The notes below the pieces were generated by a model. The model had not been told where the DNA came from, searched no databases, and saw only the letters and a program-made list of their open reading frames with translations. This document shows, one piece after another, positions 9,883-18,424 of a stretch of 64,000 nt of DNA. The translations under genes were made by a program, and so were the position numbers. Numbering within the stretch: position 1 is the first letter of the stretch; each line of letters opens with the position of its first letter. Source of the DNA: Nitrospirota bacterium (GTDB lineage Bacteria > Nitrospirota > Thermodesulfovibrionia > UBA6902); contig JACRMS010000016.1 of assembly GCA_016214845.1 (NCBI GenBank), positions 20,488 through 84,487 on the forward strand, in the 5' to 3' direction.

Positions 9883-10551
9883 ATGAAGACCCCAAAGACC
9901 GAGAGCAGGATACAGAAGCATAAAGTTTTTATTGTGGACGACCATTGCGTTTTGCGTGAGGGACTTTCACGTCTCATCAACAGTGAAGAAGACCTCCTGG
10001 TATGCGGAGAGGCCAACAACGTTTCCGACGCGCTGGATTTGATAGCGGCCAGCAAGACCGACATCGCGATAGTTGATATAACCCTCGGAGACGGCAGCGG
10101 GATCAGGCTTATAGAAAAGCTCATGCATTCGCGTCCCGACCTTCCGGTGCTGGTCCTTTCCATGCACGACGAATCAGCTTATGCCGAACGGTGCCTTAAG
10201 GCAGGGGCCAGGGGCTACATCATGAAACAGGAGCCTTCCAAAACACTGATAGCGGCGATAAGAAAGGTCCTGAACGGAGAGATTTACGTCAGCGATAAAC
10301 TGAATGTGCAGCTTTTGCACAAGCTCGTTAAAAACAATTTCGAGGACCTCGATTCCCCCACCAAGCTACTCAGCAACCGCGAACTGGAAGTCTATCAGCT
10401 CATCGGACAGGGACTGAAAAAGCACGAGATAGCGGAACGGCTGACCCTGAGCGTAAAAACCGTTGAGACTTACGTGGAGCACATCAAGATCAAACTGCAA
10501 TTAAAAGGCACCCACGACGTTCTCATGCACGCGGTCAAATCTTTTGATTGA
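9883..10551 (+). CDS. NarL/LuxR-family response regulator (REC + HTH_LuxR)
   Basis: KVFIVDDHCVLREGL...DIAIVDITLGDGSGI (receiver domain). LSNRELEVYQLIGQGLKKHEIAERLTLSVKTVETYVEHI (LuxR HTH). Immediately follows the HisKA_3 kinase. Confidence 0.85.
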   Translation: MKTPKTESRIQKHKVFIVDDHCVLREGLSRLINSEEDLLVCGEANNVSDALDLIAASKTDIAIVDITLGDGSGIRLIEKLMHSRPDLPVLVLSMHDESAYAERCLKAGARGYIMKQEPSKTLIAAIRKVLNGEIYVSDKLNVQLLHKLVKNNFEDLDSPTKLLSNRELEVYQLIGQGLKKHEIAERLTLSVKTVETYVEHIKIKLQLKGTHDVLMHAVKSFD

Positions 10552-10684
10552 GGATGATCAGCATCCTGAAATTCCCAATGTCCCGCATAAGTAAATTACC
10601 TAAGCGCGCATAGGTAATCTCTTCAAAAAAACCTTTCACTATCTCTGGATTTACAAAGCAGCCCATGCGCCCGACAATTTCAAT

Positions 10685-11458
10685 ATGAGTGATATTTTAG
10701 TAATAGACCGCGCGGAGCAGGAGAATTTTTGGACGGACCTCAAGGGCGAGTGGAAGATCCTCTTTGTTTCCGCGGCTGACAAAGGACTGAATATGCTCTC
10801 TGTGAACGTCGGCCTCGTATTCCTCAGTACAGGCCAGCCGGGTATGAACAGCATGGAAGCACTCAGCATAATAAAAAAAGATTGGCCTTCCACGGCGGTT
10901 ATCATGATCTCCTCCGGCGGGACGGAAGAAACGTGCATGGAGGCTTTCAGAAGAGGGGTGAGGGATTATATGAAGACGCCGCTGAACGCGGAAGAGGTCC
11001 TGCAAAAGATAAAACTACTGTTGAATGCGAGAGACACTTCGCAAAGACGCAGGCATATTTCCTTGTCAGTTGAGACCGTTCCTGAGGCGCATTATCCTGA
11101 TGTCCCTTCGCATATTTTAAACGGCGTGCTCAAGGTGAGGGATTTCATTGCACAAAACTATTCCGAGTCATTGACCCTCGCGGGCGCGTGCAAAATGGCC
11201 TCGATGTCAAAGACCTACTTCTGCCGCTTCTTTAAAGATATCACGGGACATTCCCTCAGAGGCTATCACCATGCGGTGAAGGTGCAGAAAGCGGAAGCGC
11301 TCCTTAGGGACAAGGACCTTTCCGTCATGGACGTGGCTTTGAAACTCGGGTACAGCGATTCAAACTACTTTTCCACGGTTTACAAAAAGACCACCGGCAT
11401 CTCTCCGAAATACCGGAAGCGGCGGGACATCTCCCCGCAGCCCTTTACACACCCCTAA
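10685..11458 (+). CDS. AraC-family transcriptional regulator with N-terminal atypical (pseudo-)receiver domain
   Basis: The C-terminus is an AraC HTH (SMSKTYFCRFFKDITGHSLRGYHHAVKVQKAEALL...LGYSDSNYFSTVYKKTTGISP). The N-terminal CheY-like fold has Ser at the phospho-acceptor position (LVFLS). Confidence 0.75.
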   Translation: MSDILVIDRAEQENFWTDLKGEWKILFVSAADKGLNMLSVNVGLVFLSTGQPGMNSMEALSIIKKDWPSTAVIMISSGGTEETCMEAFRRGVRDYMKTPLNAEEVLQKIKLLLNARDTSQRRRHISLSVETVPEAHYPDVPSHILNGVLKVRDFIAQNYSESLTLAGACKMASMSKTYFCRFFKDITGHSLRGYHHAVKVQKAEALLRDKDLSVMDVALKLGYSDSNYFSTVYKKTTGISPKYRKRRDISPQPFTHP

Positions 11459-11573
11459 TCCCCTCTTGTTAGAGGGGACATGAAAGACCGGCATCATCCG
11501 GTTTTGGAAAAACATCAAGAAGAATTGAACAGGATTCAAGGAAATCACTCCCGCATTTTTATAAAGTTGAAAC

Positions 11574-12329
11574 ATGATGAGAGAAATCCTGGTGATGGAT
11601 TGTAAGGAGCGCGAGAATTTCTGGAAGACGCTCAGGAGCGGCTATAAAATACTTTTTGCCACGACTGCAAAGCGCGGGCTGAGTATGCTCTCTGATAACG
11701 TTGACCTTGTATTTCTCAGCATAGAACTGCCTGATATGAACAGCATGGACGCGCTCAGGCTGATAAAAAATAAATACCCTGCGACCGCCGTCATCACGAT
11801 CGCATCATGCGGCACAGAAGAGACCTGCGTAAAGACTTTGGGCAGAGGGACGATGGGCTACATTAAAAAAACTCTTGAAGCGGAAGATATACTGCAGGAG
11901 ATCAAAACGCTCATAGACCTGAAAGACGTTTCTCCGCAGCGCAGCCCTGCATCTTTATCAGCGGAAAATTCCCCGGTTGAACATTTTCCTGATGTACCGT
12001 CACATCTGATAAGCGGCGTGCTCAGGGTGAGGGATTTCGTTTCTCAAAATTATTCCGGGTCATTGTCCCTCTCAGCGGCCTGCAGGATGGCCTCGATGTC
12101 AAAGACCTACTTCTGTCATTTTTTCAAACATGTCACGGGCCACTCTTTGCGGAGCTTTCATCACATAGTGAAGGTCCGGGCGGCGCAGGAGCTCTTGCGC
12201 GATAAAAGATCGTCAATCAAGGATGTCGCGCGGGAACTCGGGTACAGCGACCCGAACTACTTTTCCACTATTTACAAAAAAGTCACGGGCGTTCCTCCAA
12301 AACAACGGCATCTCTCCACACAAAGCTGA
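11574..12329 (+). CDS. AraC-family transcriptional regulator with N-terminal pseudo-receiver domain (tandem paralog of 10685-11458)
   Basis: Same architecture and about 60% identity by eye (LVFLSIELPDMNSMDAL; SMSKTYFCHFFKHVTGHSLRSFHHIVKVRAAQELL). Confidence 0.75.
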   Translation: MMREILVMDCKERENFWKTLRSGYKILFATTAKRGLSMLSDNVDLVFLSIELPDMNSMDALRLIKNKYPATAVITIASCGTEETCVKTLGRGTMGYIKKTLEAEDILQEIKTLIDLKDVSPQRSPASLSAENSPVEHFPDVPSHLISGVLRVRDFVSQNYSGSLSLSAACRMASMSKTYFCHFFKHVTGHSLRSFHHIVKVRAAQELLRDKRSSIKDVARELGYSDPNYFSTIYKKVTGVPPKQRHLSTQS

Positions 12330-12610
12330 CATCCGTCCAAAAGATTGGACAAAAGCAAAGAAATTTTGAACAGGATTTAAGGAAGCCCGTCCGCTTATCA
12401 GCTAAATTTGAAAATAACAGATAAAGAAAACCAGGAGCAACCATGGTTCGAAGACATCTTGAAAGCGATGGGATTTTTAAAGAGGACATTGAAATCTATT
12501 CTCTTTCAGAGTGCATCTTTCGACTTATCGCTAAGGTATCGCGCAATATGTCTCCTCACCATACTTGCTCCTGGTTTATAAAAATTCAAAAAGGAGAGGA
12601 GGCATAGGCG

Positions 12611-13441
12611 ATGTTTAAAATTTCAAGAAAGGAAGAGCTGTCGGAGTACATAACCCTGTTTGAGATCGAGGCGGGTGATATCGCGAAGAAGGCGAGGCCG
12701 GGCAATTTTTTTGTTCTCAGGACCCACGAGCAGGGAGAGAGGGTGCCTTTGACCATTGCTGATTTTGACAGGGACAAAGGGACCATAACTACCGTCTTCC
12801 AGAAGGTCGGCAAAACAACCAATCACCTGGGGACATTTAATGAAGGCGATTTTATCCCTGATGTGGTCGGCCCGCTCGGCAATCATTCTCACATAGCGAA
12901 TTTCGGGAGTGTCGTGTGCGTTGGCGGCGGCGTAGGCATCGCGCCCGTGTACCCGGTAGCAAGGGCGCTCAAAGAGGCAGGCAATAAGGTCACATCAATT
13001 ATCGGCGCACGCACCAGATCAATTCTCTTCTGGGAAGAAAAGATGCGCGCCGTCTCAGACAACCTGATCATCACCACGGATGACGGCTCTTACGGCACAA
13101 AGGCGCTGGTCACAGTCCCCCTTGATGAAATTCTGAGCAGGGACAAAGTGGACCTCGTGGTGGCGATAGGCCCGGCGGTCATGATGAAGTTCGTTTGCAA
13201 GACAACTGAGAAATACAATGTGAAAACCATAGTCAGCCTGAATTCGATCATGATCGACGCGACCGGAATGTGCGGCGGATGCAGGGTGGAAGTCGGGGGC
13301 GAGACAAAGTTCACCTGTGTGGACGGACCTGAGTTTAACGGCCACGCGGTTGATTTTGACCTGCTTGCCAAGAGACTGCAATCGTATGTGCCGGAGGAAA
13401 ATACCTCCCTGTGCTGCGCGAGAGAGAAGGGAGGAATGTAA
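12611..13441 (+). CDS. nfnA: NfnA/SudB-type subunit (FAD/NAD-binding, PyrK-like) of NAD(P)H:ferredoxin oxidoreductase
   Basis: Ferredoxin-reductase-type FAD/NAD fold (VCVGGGVGIAPV) and C-terminal Cys cluster CGGCRVEVGGETKFTCVDGPEF. Adjacent to a GltD-like subunit. Confidence 0.7.
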   Translation: MFKISRKEELSEYITLFEIEAGDIAKKARPGNFFVLRTHEQGERVPLTIADFDRDKGTITTVFQKVGKTTNHLGTFNEGDFIPDVVGPLGNHSHIANFGSVVCVGGGVGIAPVYPVARALKEAGNKVTSIIGARTRSILFWEEKMRAVSDNLIITTDDGSYGTKALVTVPLDEILSRDKVDLVVAIGPAVMMKFVCKTTEKYNVKTIVSLNSIMIDATGMCGGCRVEVGGETKFTCVDGPEFNGHAVDFDLLAKRLQSYVPEENTSLCCAREKGGM

Positions 13442-14881
13442 ATGGAAACGAAGGCGGAAGAGAAAAAAACAAAATCCAGGGTGATGATGAAAGAGCAGCC
13501 GCCTCTTGTAAGGGCGAAAAATTTTTTAGAGGTCCCTTATGGATACACGCCTGATGAGGCGGTTGATGAGGCGAACAGGTGCCTGTCATGTAAAAGTCCC
13601 GCGTGCAGGGTGGGATGCCCGGTTGAAGTAAATATACCTGAATTCATCGGCCTGATAAAAGAGAGAAGGTTCCTCGACGCCTGTTACAAGGTCAAGGAGA
13701 AAAATGCCCTGCCTGCCGTGTGCGGAAGGGTATGTCCACAGGAGCTTCAGTGTGAAGGCCACTGTCTTTTGGGAAAGAAGGGAACGCCGGTCGCTATCGG
13801 GAACCTTGAAATGTTCGTTGCCGATTATGAAGCAAAGAGCGGCAAGGTCAGGGTCCCCGACAAACCAAAATCTACAGGAAAAAAAGTTGCCGTGATAGGC
13901 TCCGGCCCCGGCGGATTGACCTGCGCGGTGGACCTTGCAAAACACGGGCACCAGGTCACTTTATTTGAGGCATTGCACAAACCCGGAGGCGTCCTGATCT
14001 ACGGCATCCCGGAGTTCAGGCTTCCCAAGGCAATAGTGGAAAGAGAAGTCGGGTACATAAAAAATTTAGGAATAGAACTCGTATCCAACGCGGTGATCGG
14101 AAAACTTCATACCCTCGACGAACTGCTTGATGAGCAGGGATATGACGCGTGCTTCATCTGCATAGGCGCGGGGCTGCCTATGTTTTTGGGAATACCGGGA
14201 GAGAACCTCAACGGCGTCTGCTCCGCCAACGAATATCTGACAAGGGCGAACCTGATGAAGGCATACCTCTTTCCTGAATACGACACCCCGATAAAGAGGG
14301 GCAAAAGGGTCGCGGTGCTTGGCGGCGGAAATGTAGCGATGGATTCAGCAAGGGTGGCGCTGCGTCTCGGAGCTGAAAAGGTCTATCTCATCTACAGGCG
14401 TTCCGAGGCTGAGATGCCTGCGAGAAAGGCGGAAGTCCACCACGCGCATGAGGAGGGCATAGAGTTTTTATTTTTAACAAACCCTGCCCGGTTCATTGAC
14501 GACGGCAAGGGCAACGTGTGCGCTGTTGAGTGCATAAAAATGGAACTCGGAGAGCCTGATGCATCGGGCAGGAGAAAACCGGTCCCGGTGCAGGGCAGCG
14601 AATTCCAGGTCGGGATAGACGTGGCGATCCCCGCATTGGGAACAAGAGCCAATCCGCTTTTAACAAAGACTATGCCTGATCTGAAGGTAAACAAAAGCGG
14701 CTACATCTTAGCTGAAGAAGACACAGGCATGACATCAAAGAGAGGCGTATTCGCGGGCGGAGATATAGTCACAGGCTCCGCAACTGTGATACTCGCTATG
14801 GGCGCAGGAAGAAAGGCGGCAAAGGCTATCAACGAATATCTCAAATGGAAGCACTGGGGTTTTCAAGCGATAAGCGGTTAG
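13442..14881 (+). CDS. nfnB: NfnB/SudA-type subunit (glutamate synthase small-chain-like, 2x[4Fe-4S] + FAD/NAD(P))
   Basis: CLSCKSPACRVGCPV...CGRVCPQELQCEGHC, then VAVIGSGPGGLTCA and VAVLGGGNVAMD Rossmann motifs. 1-nt spacing after nfnA. Confidence 0.8.
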   Translation: METKAEEKKTKSRVMMKEQPPLVRAKNFLEVPYGYTPDEAVDEANRCLSCKSPACRVGCPVEVNIPEFIGLIKERRFLDACYKVKEKNALPAVCGRVCPQELQCEGHCLLGKKGTPVAIGNLEMFVADYEAKSGKVRVPDKPKSTGKKVAVIGSGPGGLTCAVDLAKHGHQVTLFEALHKPGGVLIYGIPEFRLPKAIVEREVGYIKNLGIELVSNAVIGKLHTLDELLDEQGYDACFICIGAGLPMFLGIPGENLNGVCSANEYLTRANLMKAYLFPEYDTPIKRGKRVAVLGGGNVAMDSARVALRLGAEKVYLIYRRSEAEMPARKAEVHHAHEEGIEFLFLTNPARFIDDGKGNVCAVECIKMELGEPDASGRRKPVPVQGSEFQVGIDVAIPALGTRANPLLTKTMPDLKVNKSGYILAEEDTGMTSKRGVFAGGDIVTGSATVILAMGAGRKAAKAINEYLKWKHWGFQAISG

Positions 14882-14949
14882 CTTTCAGCTCATTGTTTTT
14901 ATTTTTAGCTTACAGCTTATTGCTAATAGCTAAAAAAGGAGGTGCAGCA

Positions 14950-15669
14950 ATGACGGACAAAATCAACATTCTGGTCGTAGACGATGAACCAATAATTATT
15001 ATGAGCGCCGAGCGGGTGCTTAAGGCCGAAGGCTATAACGTTGAGGGCGCGCTCAGCGGGAAAGAGGCGATGCTGAAAATGGGGCAGAACAATTATGACC
15101 TTGTCTTAACAGACCTCAACATGCTCGAGGTTGACGGCATCACTCTCATAAAGTGGATAAAACAGTTCCGGCCTGAGATCGGCATCGTGGTCATTACAGG
15201 CTACCTGTTCCAGGAGACAATTAAAGAGGCCCTCAAGCTCGGCATACATGACCACATGATGAAGCCGCTTACTCCCGTGGTGTTAAAAGACGTGATACAC
15301 AAAGCGATAGAAGGCATACGGCCAAACGCGTCAGAACATAAACCGGAAAAAGAATTCCCGGCGTCAATGTTTGCGGAGCTGGACAATGTGATCCGGCAAT
15401 ACAGCAGGGGGCCGGGCTGTACTGTGCCGGTGATACCGGTGCTGCTTCGCGCCCAGGAGATTTTCGGCTGCCTCCCGGCAGTGATACAAAAGCGCGTCGC
15501 TCTGGGTCTGAACATATACCCGGCTGAGATACACAGCATCGTTTCATCGCACTCCGGTTTCAGGACGGGACCCGGAGGCGGCAAGGCCGGCTCAAATTCA
15601 GGCACAGGAGAAAGAGTATGGAGAGGTGTCATTTGCAAAACAGGAAAGGGTATCAATGAGTATCTCTAA
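14950..15669 (+). CDS. response-regulator receiver domain fused to the N-terminal helical domain of a NuoE/HndA-like subunit (no [2Fe-2S] cysteine motif)
   Basis: GGAGG RBS then ATG at 14950. ILVVDDEPIIIMSAERVLKAEGYNV...LVLTDLNMLEVDGI...HMMKPL is a receiver domain. ...VIPVLLRAQEIFGCLPAVIQKRVALGLNIYPAEIHSIVSSHSGF resembles the NuoE N-terminus. The thioredoxin-like Cys cluster is absent in all three frames. Confidence 0.6.
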   Translation: MTDKINILVVDDEPIIIMSAERVLKAEGYNVEGALSGKEAMLKMGQNNYDLVLTDLNMLEVDGITLIKWIKQFRPEIGIVVITGYLFQETIKEALKLGIHDHMMKPLTPVVLKDVIHKAIEGIRPNASEHKPEKEFPASMFAELDNVIRQYSRGPGCTVPVIPVLLRAQEIFGCLPAVIQKRVALGLNIYPAEIHSIVSSHSGFRTGPGGGKAGSNSGTGERVWRGVICKTGKGINEYL

Positions 15670-15731
15670 GATACAGCTATGCGAGCTCATTCGCAAAAGA
15701 AGTATTTATTTAACTGCAACGGCGCAGAGGA

Positions 15732-16142
15732 ATGGAGAAGTGGGAAAGGAGAAATGAGATGAATAAGCTTAGCGTGGAAGACCTTATAAACATCAAGGAG
15801 AAATACGCATCGGAATTCACATTGAGAAATGGCGGATACAGGGCCAGGGTCATTGTCCATATGGGGCCCTGCGGAATTGCCGCGGGCGCGATGAAGGTAA
15901 TGAGGGCCATGATGGATGAGGTATCAAAGTCCCGGGTGACCGATGTGCTGATAAAGAAATCGAGCTGCGGCGGATTGTGCGCGAGTGAACCTCTGGCGAC
16001 AGTCGAGCTGCTGGACCACCCGCCCGTGAAATACTGCAAGCTCAATGATAAGAAGGCGAGGGAGATCTTCAGGGAGCACGTCCTTGGCGGCAGGCCGGTG
16101 GAGAAATACGCGCTCGTAGTGGGCTGTGAAACAACTTGCTGA
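15732..16142 (+). CDS. thioredoxin-like [2Fe-2S] ferredoxin (HndB-like small subunit)
   Basis: RARVIVHMGPCGIAAGAMKV...SSCGGLCASEP...GCETTC. An alternative start at 15759 (ATG with a GGAG RBS) is possible. Confidence 0.55.
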   Translation: MEKWERRNEMNKLSVEDLINIKEKYASEFTLRNGGYRARVIVHMGPCGIAAGAMKVMRAMMDEVSKSRVTDVLIKKSSCGGLCASEPLATVELLDHPPVKYCKLNDKKAREIFREHVLGGRPVEKYALVVGCETTC

Positions 16143-16201
16143 AAAAAACCGGAAATCAGCTTGGGAGGCTATTGCAAGATATTTATAAACTCAATTAAGC
16201 C

Positions 16202-16271
16202 GTCATTCCGGACTTGATCCGGAATCCAGACCCTCCAGAAATCTCTGGATTCCCGTTTTCACGGGAATGAC
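16202..16271. repeat. full copy of nested-palindrome repeat (GTCATTCCGG..CCGGAATCCAG / CTGGATTCCCG..CGGGAATGAC)
   Basis: Two adjacent hairpins that are reverse complements of each other. Sits between the ferredoxin gene and the NuoF-like gene. Confidence 0.8.
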
Positions 16272-16289
16272 AGAAAGACGAGGTTGTTT

Positions 16290-18170
16290 ATGGGAACGAT
16301 TCGCACGAATTTAATGTTATGTACAGGCACGGGCTGTGTATCCAGCGGAAGCCGCAAGGTAACGCTCGCCCTGCACGAAGAGCTGAAAAAGAGAGGTCTT
16401 GATAAAGAAATAGAGATCGTCCTGACAGGCTGTAACGGCTATTGCGCTGAGGGGCCTGTCATGGCTGTTTATCCTGATGAGGTCTTTTATCAGAAACTGA
16501 CCGTGGAAGAAATTCCCGCTCTCGTTGAAGAACATTTCCTCAAAGGCAGGCCTTATCAGAAGCTGATGTTTACCGGGCCGGAAAAAAAGTCCGCCATCCC
16601 TTTATTGAAAGATATACCTTTCTTCAAGTACCAGGTCTCGCTGGTGCTGAGGAACAAGGGGCTTATTGATCCAGAGAAGATCGCTGACTATATAGCAAGG
16701 GACGGTTATCAGGCGCTTGCAAAGGTCCTTACGGAGATGAGGCCGGAAGAAACAATAAAGGTGGTGGCGGATTCAGGATTAAGGGGAAGAGGCGGCGCAG
16801 GCTTCCCCACAGGAAAAAAGTGGGAGCTCGGTCTAAAGATCAAATCCGATCTGAAATTTGTTGTGTGCAATGGCGATGAGGGCGATCCCGGGGCCTTCAT
16901 GGACAGGTCGGTCATGGAGGCCGACCCTCACGCTGTCATCGAGGGAATGATAATCTGCGGTGCGGCAACTGATTCGCATAAAGGCTACATCTACGTGAGG
17001 GCTGAATATCCGTTAGCGGTCAAGCGCCTCCAGATCGCAATTGACCAGTGTTATGACGCGGGGCTGCTTGGAGAAAATATCCTCAATACCGGTTTTAACT
17101 TTGACCTCGATATTTACCAGGGCGCCGGCGCTTTTGTGTGCGGAGAGGCAACGGCCCTGATGCGCTCTATTGAGGGAAAACGAGGGATGCCGAGGCCGAA
17201 GCTCTGGCGTTCGGCGGTCAAGGGATTATGGGACAAGCCCACAGTGCTGAATAATGTCGAGACCTTTGCGAATATCCCGCAGATCATCTTAAACGGCCCT
17301 GACTGGTACAGGAGCTTCGGGACCGAAAAGAGCACGGGGACAAAGGTCTTCGCGCTTACAGGGGCCATAAACAATGTCGGGCTGGTTGAGGTCCCGATGG
17401 ATACAACCCTCAGGAAAATAATCTACGACATCGGCGGCGGGATAAAAAAGAAGGGGAGAAAATTCAAGGCCGTGCAGCTTGGCGGCCCCTCAGGCGGCTG
17501 CATCCCGGAGGAATACCTGGACACCCGCGTCTCCTATGAGGACATCAAGGACAGCGGCGCGATAGTAGGCTCAGGCGGGATGGTTGTAATGGATGACAGC
17601 AACTGCATGGTGAACATCGCGAAGTTCTTTCTCGAATTTACAGCGGATGAGTCCTGCGGGAAGTGCGTGCCATGCAGGGTCGGAACAAAAGTAATGCATG
17701 ACATGCTCACCGATATCTCTGAAGGACGCGGCAGAGAAGGAGACCTGGAAATCCTTGAAGACCTTTCACACGATATCATCGAGGCGTCGCTCTGCGGTCT
17801 CGGACAGTCGGCCCCTACCCCCGTGCTTTCAACACTGAGGTATTTCAGGCGCGAGTATGAAATGCACATTAATCACAAGTGGTGCGCGACCGGGGTATGC
17901 CGCGACCTCTGCACATTCTACATTGATGAAAAACTCTGTAAAGGATGCGGCGCGTGCCAAAGGGCGTGTCCCTCAAAGGCGATCACAGGCGAAAAGAAAG
18001 AGCCCCATAAGATCAGCCAGGAGCACTGCGTGCATTGCAGGACCTGCTGGGATTCGTGCAAGTTCAATTCCATAAAGATCCTCCCCGCCGCAGCGAGAAA
18101 GGCAAGTGAGGCAGATTTGCGGTTTATGGTCAGCATGGCTGAAAAGACCATGGCAGAGGTTAAAGAATAA
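16290..18170 (+). CDS. NuoF/HndC-like NAD(P)H-binding flavoprotein subunit (N-terminal 2Fe-2S domain, FMN/NADH, SLBB, C-terminal 2x[4Fe-4S])
   Basis: LMLCTGTGCVSSGS...CNGYCAEGP; GLRGRGGAGFPTGKKWE; ESCGKCVPCRVGT; C-terminal CKGCGACQRACP and CVHCRTCWDSC. Confidence 0.85.
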   Translation: MGTIRTNLMLCTGTGCVSSGSRKVTLALHEELKKRGLDKEIEIVLTGCNGYCAEGPVMAVYPDEVFYQKLTVEEIPALVEEHFLKGRPYQKLMFTGPEKKSAIPLLKDIPFFKYQVSLVLRNKGLIDPEKIADYIARDGYQALAKVLTEMRPEETIKVVADSGLRGRGGAGFPTGKKWELGLKIKSDLKFVVCNGDEGDPGAFMDRSVMEADPHAVIEGMIICGAATDSHKGYIYVRAEYPLAVKRLQIAIDQCYDAGLLGENILNTGFNFDLDIYQGAGAFVCGEATALMRSIEGKRGMPRPKLWRSAVKGLWDKPTVLNNVETFANIPQIILNGPDWYRSFGTEKSTGTKVFALTGAINNVGLVEVPMDTTLRKIIYDIGGGIKKKGRKFKAVQLGGPSGGCIPEEYLDTRVSYEDIKDSGAIVGSGGMVVMDDSNCMVNIAKFFLEFTADESCGKCVPCRVGTKVMHDMLTDISEGRGREGDLEILEDLSHDIIEASLCGLGQSAPTPVLSTLRYFRREYEMHINHKWCATGVCRDLCTFYIDEKLCKGCGACQRACPSKAITGEKKEPHKISQEHCVHCRTCWDSCKFNSIKILPAAARKASEADLRFMVSMAEKTMAEVKE

Positions 18171-18386
18171 GTAAGAAGTAGGAAGTGAGAGGTAAGAAGT
18201 AAAAAAAGAGAGCAGTGATTCTTTACTTTCCACTTCCAACTTCTCACTTCTAACTTTTATTTATAAACGGCGAGAAAGGCAAGTGAGGCAGATTTGCAGT
18301 TTATGTCCAGTATGGCTGAAAAGACCATGGCAGAGGTTAAAGAATAAGTAAGAAGTAGGAAGTGAGAGGTAAGAAGTAAAAAAAGG
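18093..18386. repeat. tandem ~115-bp direct repeat (18093-18208 and 18270-18386, ~97% identical) of the gene 3' end plus an AGAAGTN heptamer array, separated by an inverted heptamer array (18218-18258)
   Basis: cgagaaaggcaagtgaggcagatttgc[G/A]gtttatg[G/T]tcag[C/T]atggctgaaaagaccatggcagaggttaaagaataagtaagaagtaggaagtgagaggtaagaagtaaaaaaag occurs twice. The spacer tctttactttccacttccaacttctcacttctaactt is the imperfect reverse complement of the heptamer block. Confidence 0.85.
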
Positions 18387-18424
18387 TCAGTACGGAAAAA
18401 GGCAGCACCATTCTTCAGGCTGCA

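Noticed and set aside
15541-15760. Possible frameshift restoring a full NuoE Fe-S domain after the receiver/NuoE N-domain gene
   Set aside because: All three forward frames were translated across 15541-15760. None contains the CxxxxC...CxxxC NuoE motif, so the truncation appears real, not a sequencing frameshift.
18093-18386. Possible CRISPR array (direct repeats with spacer)
   Set aside because: There are only two ~115-bp copies and they include coding sequence of the upstream gene. The 62-bp spacer is an inverted copy of part of the repeat. No cas genes are present. This is a tandem duplication or hairpin, not a CRISPR array.
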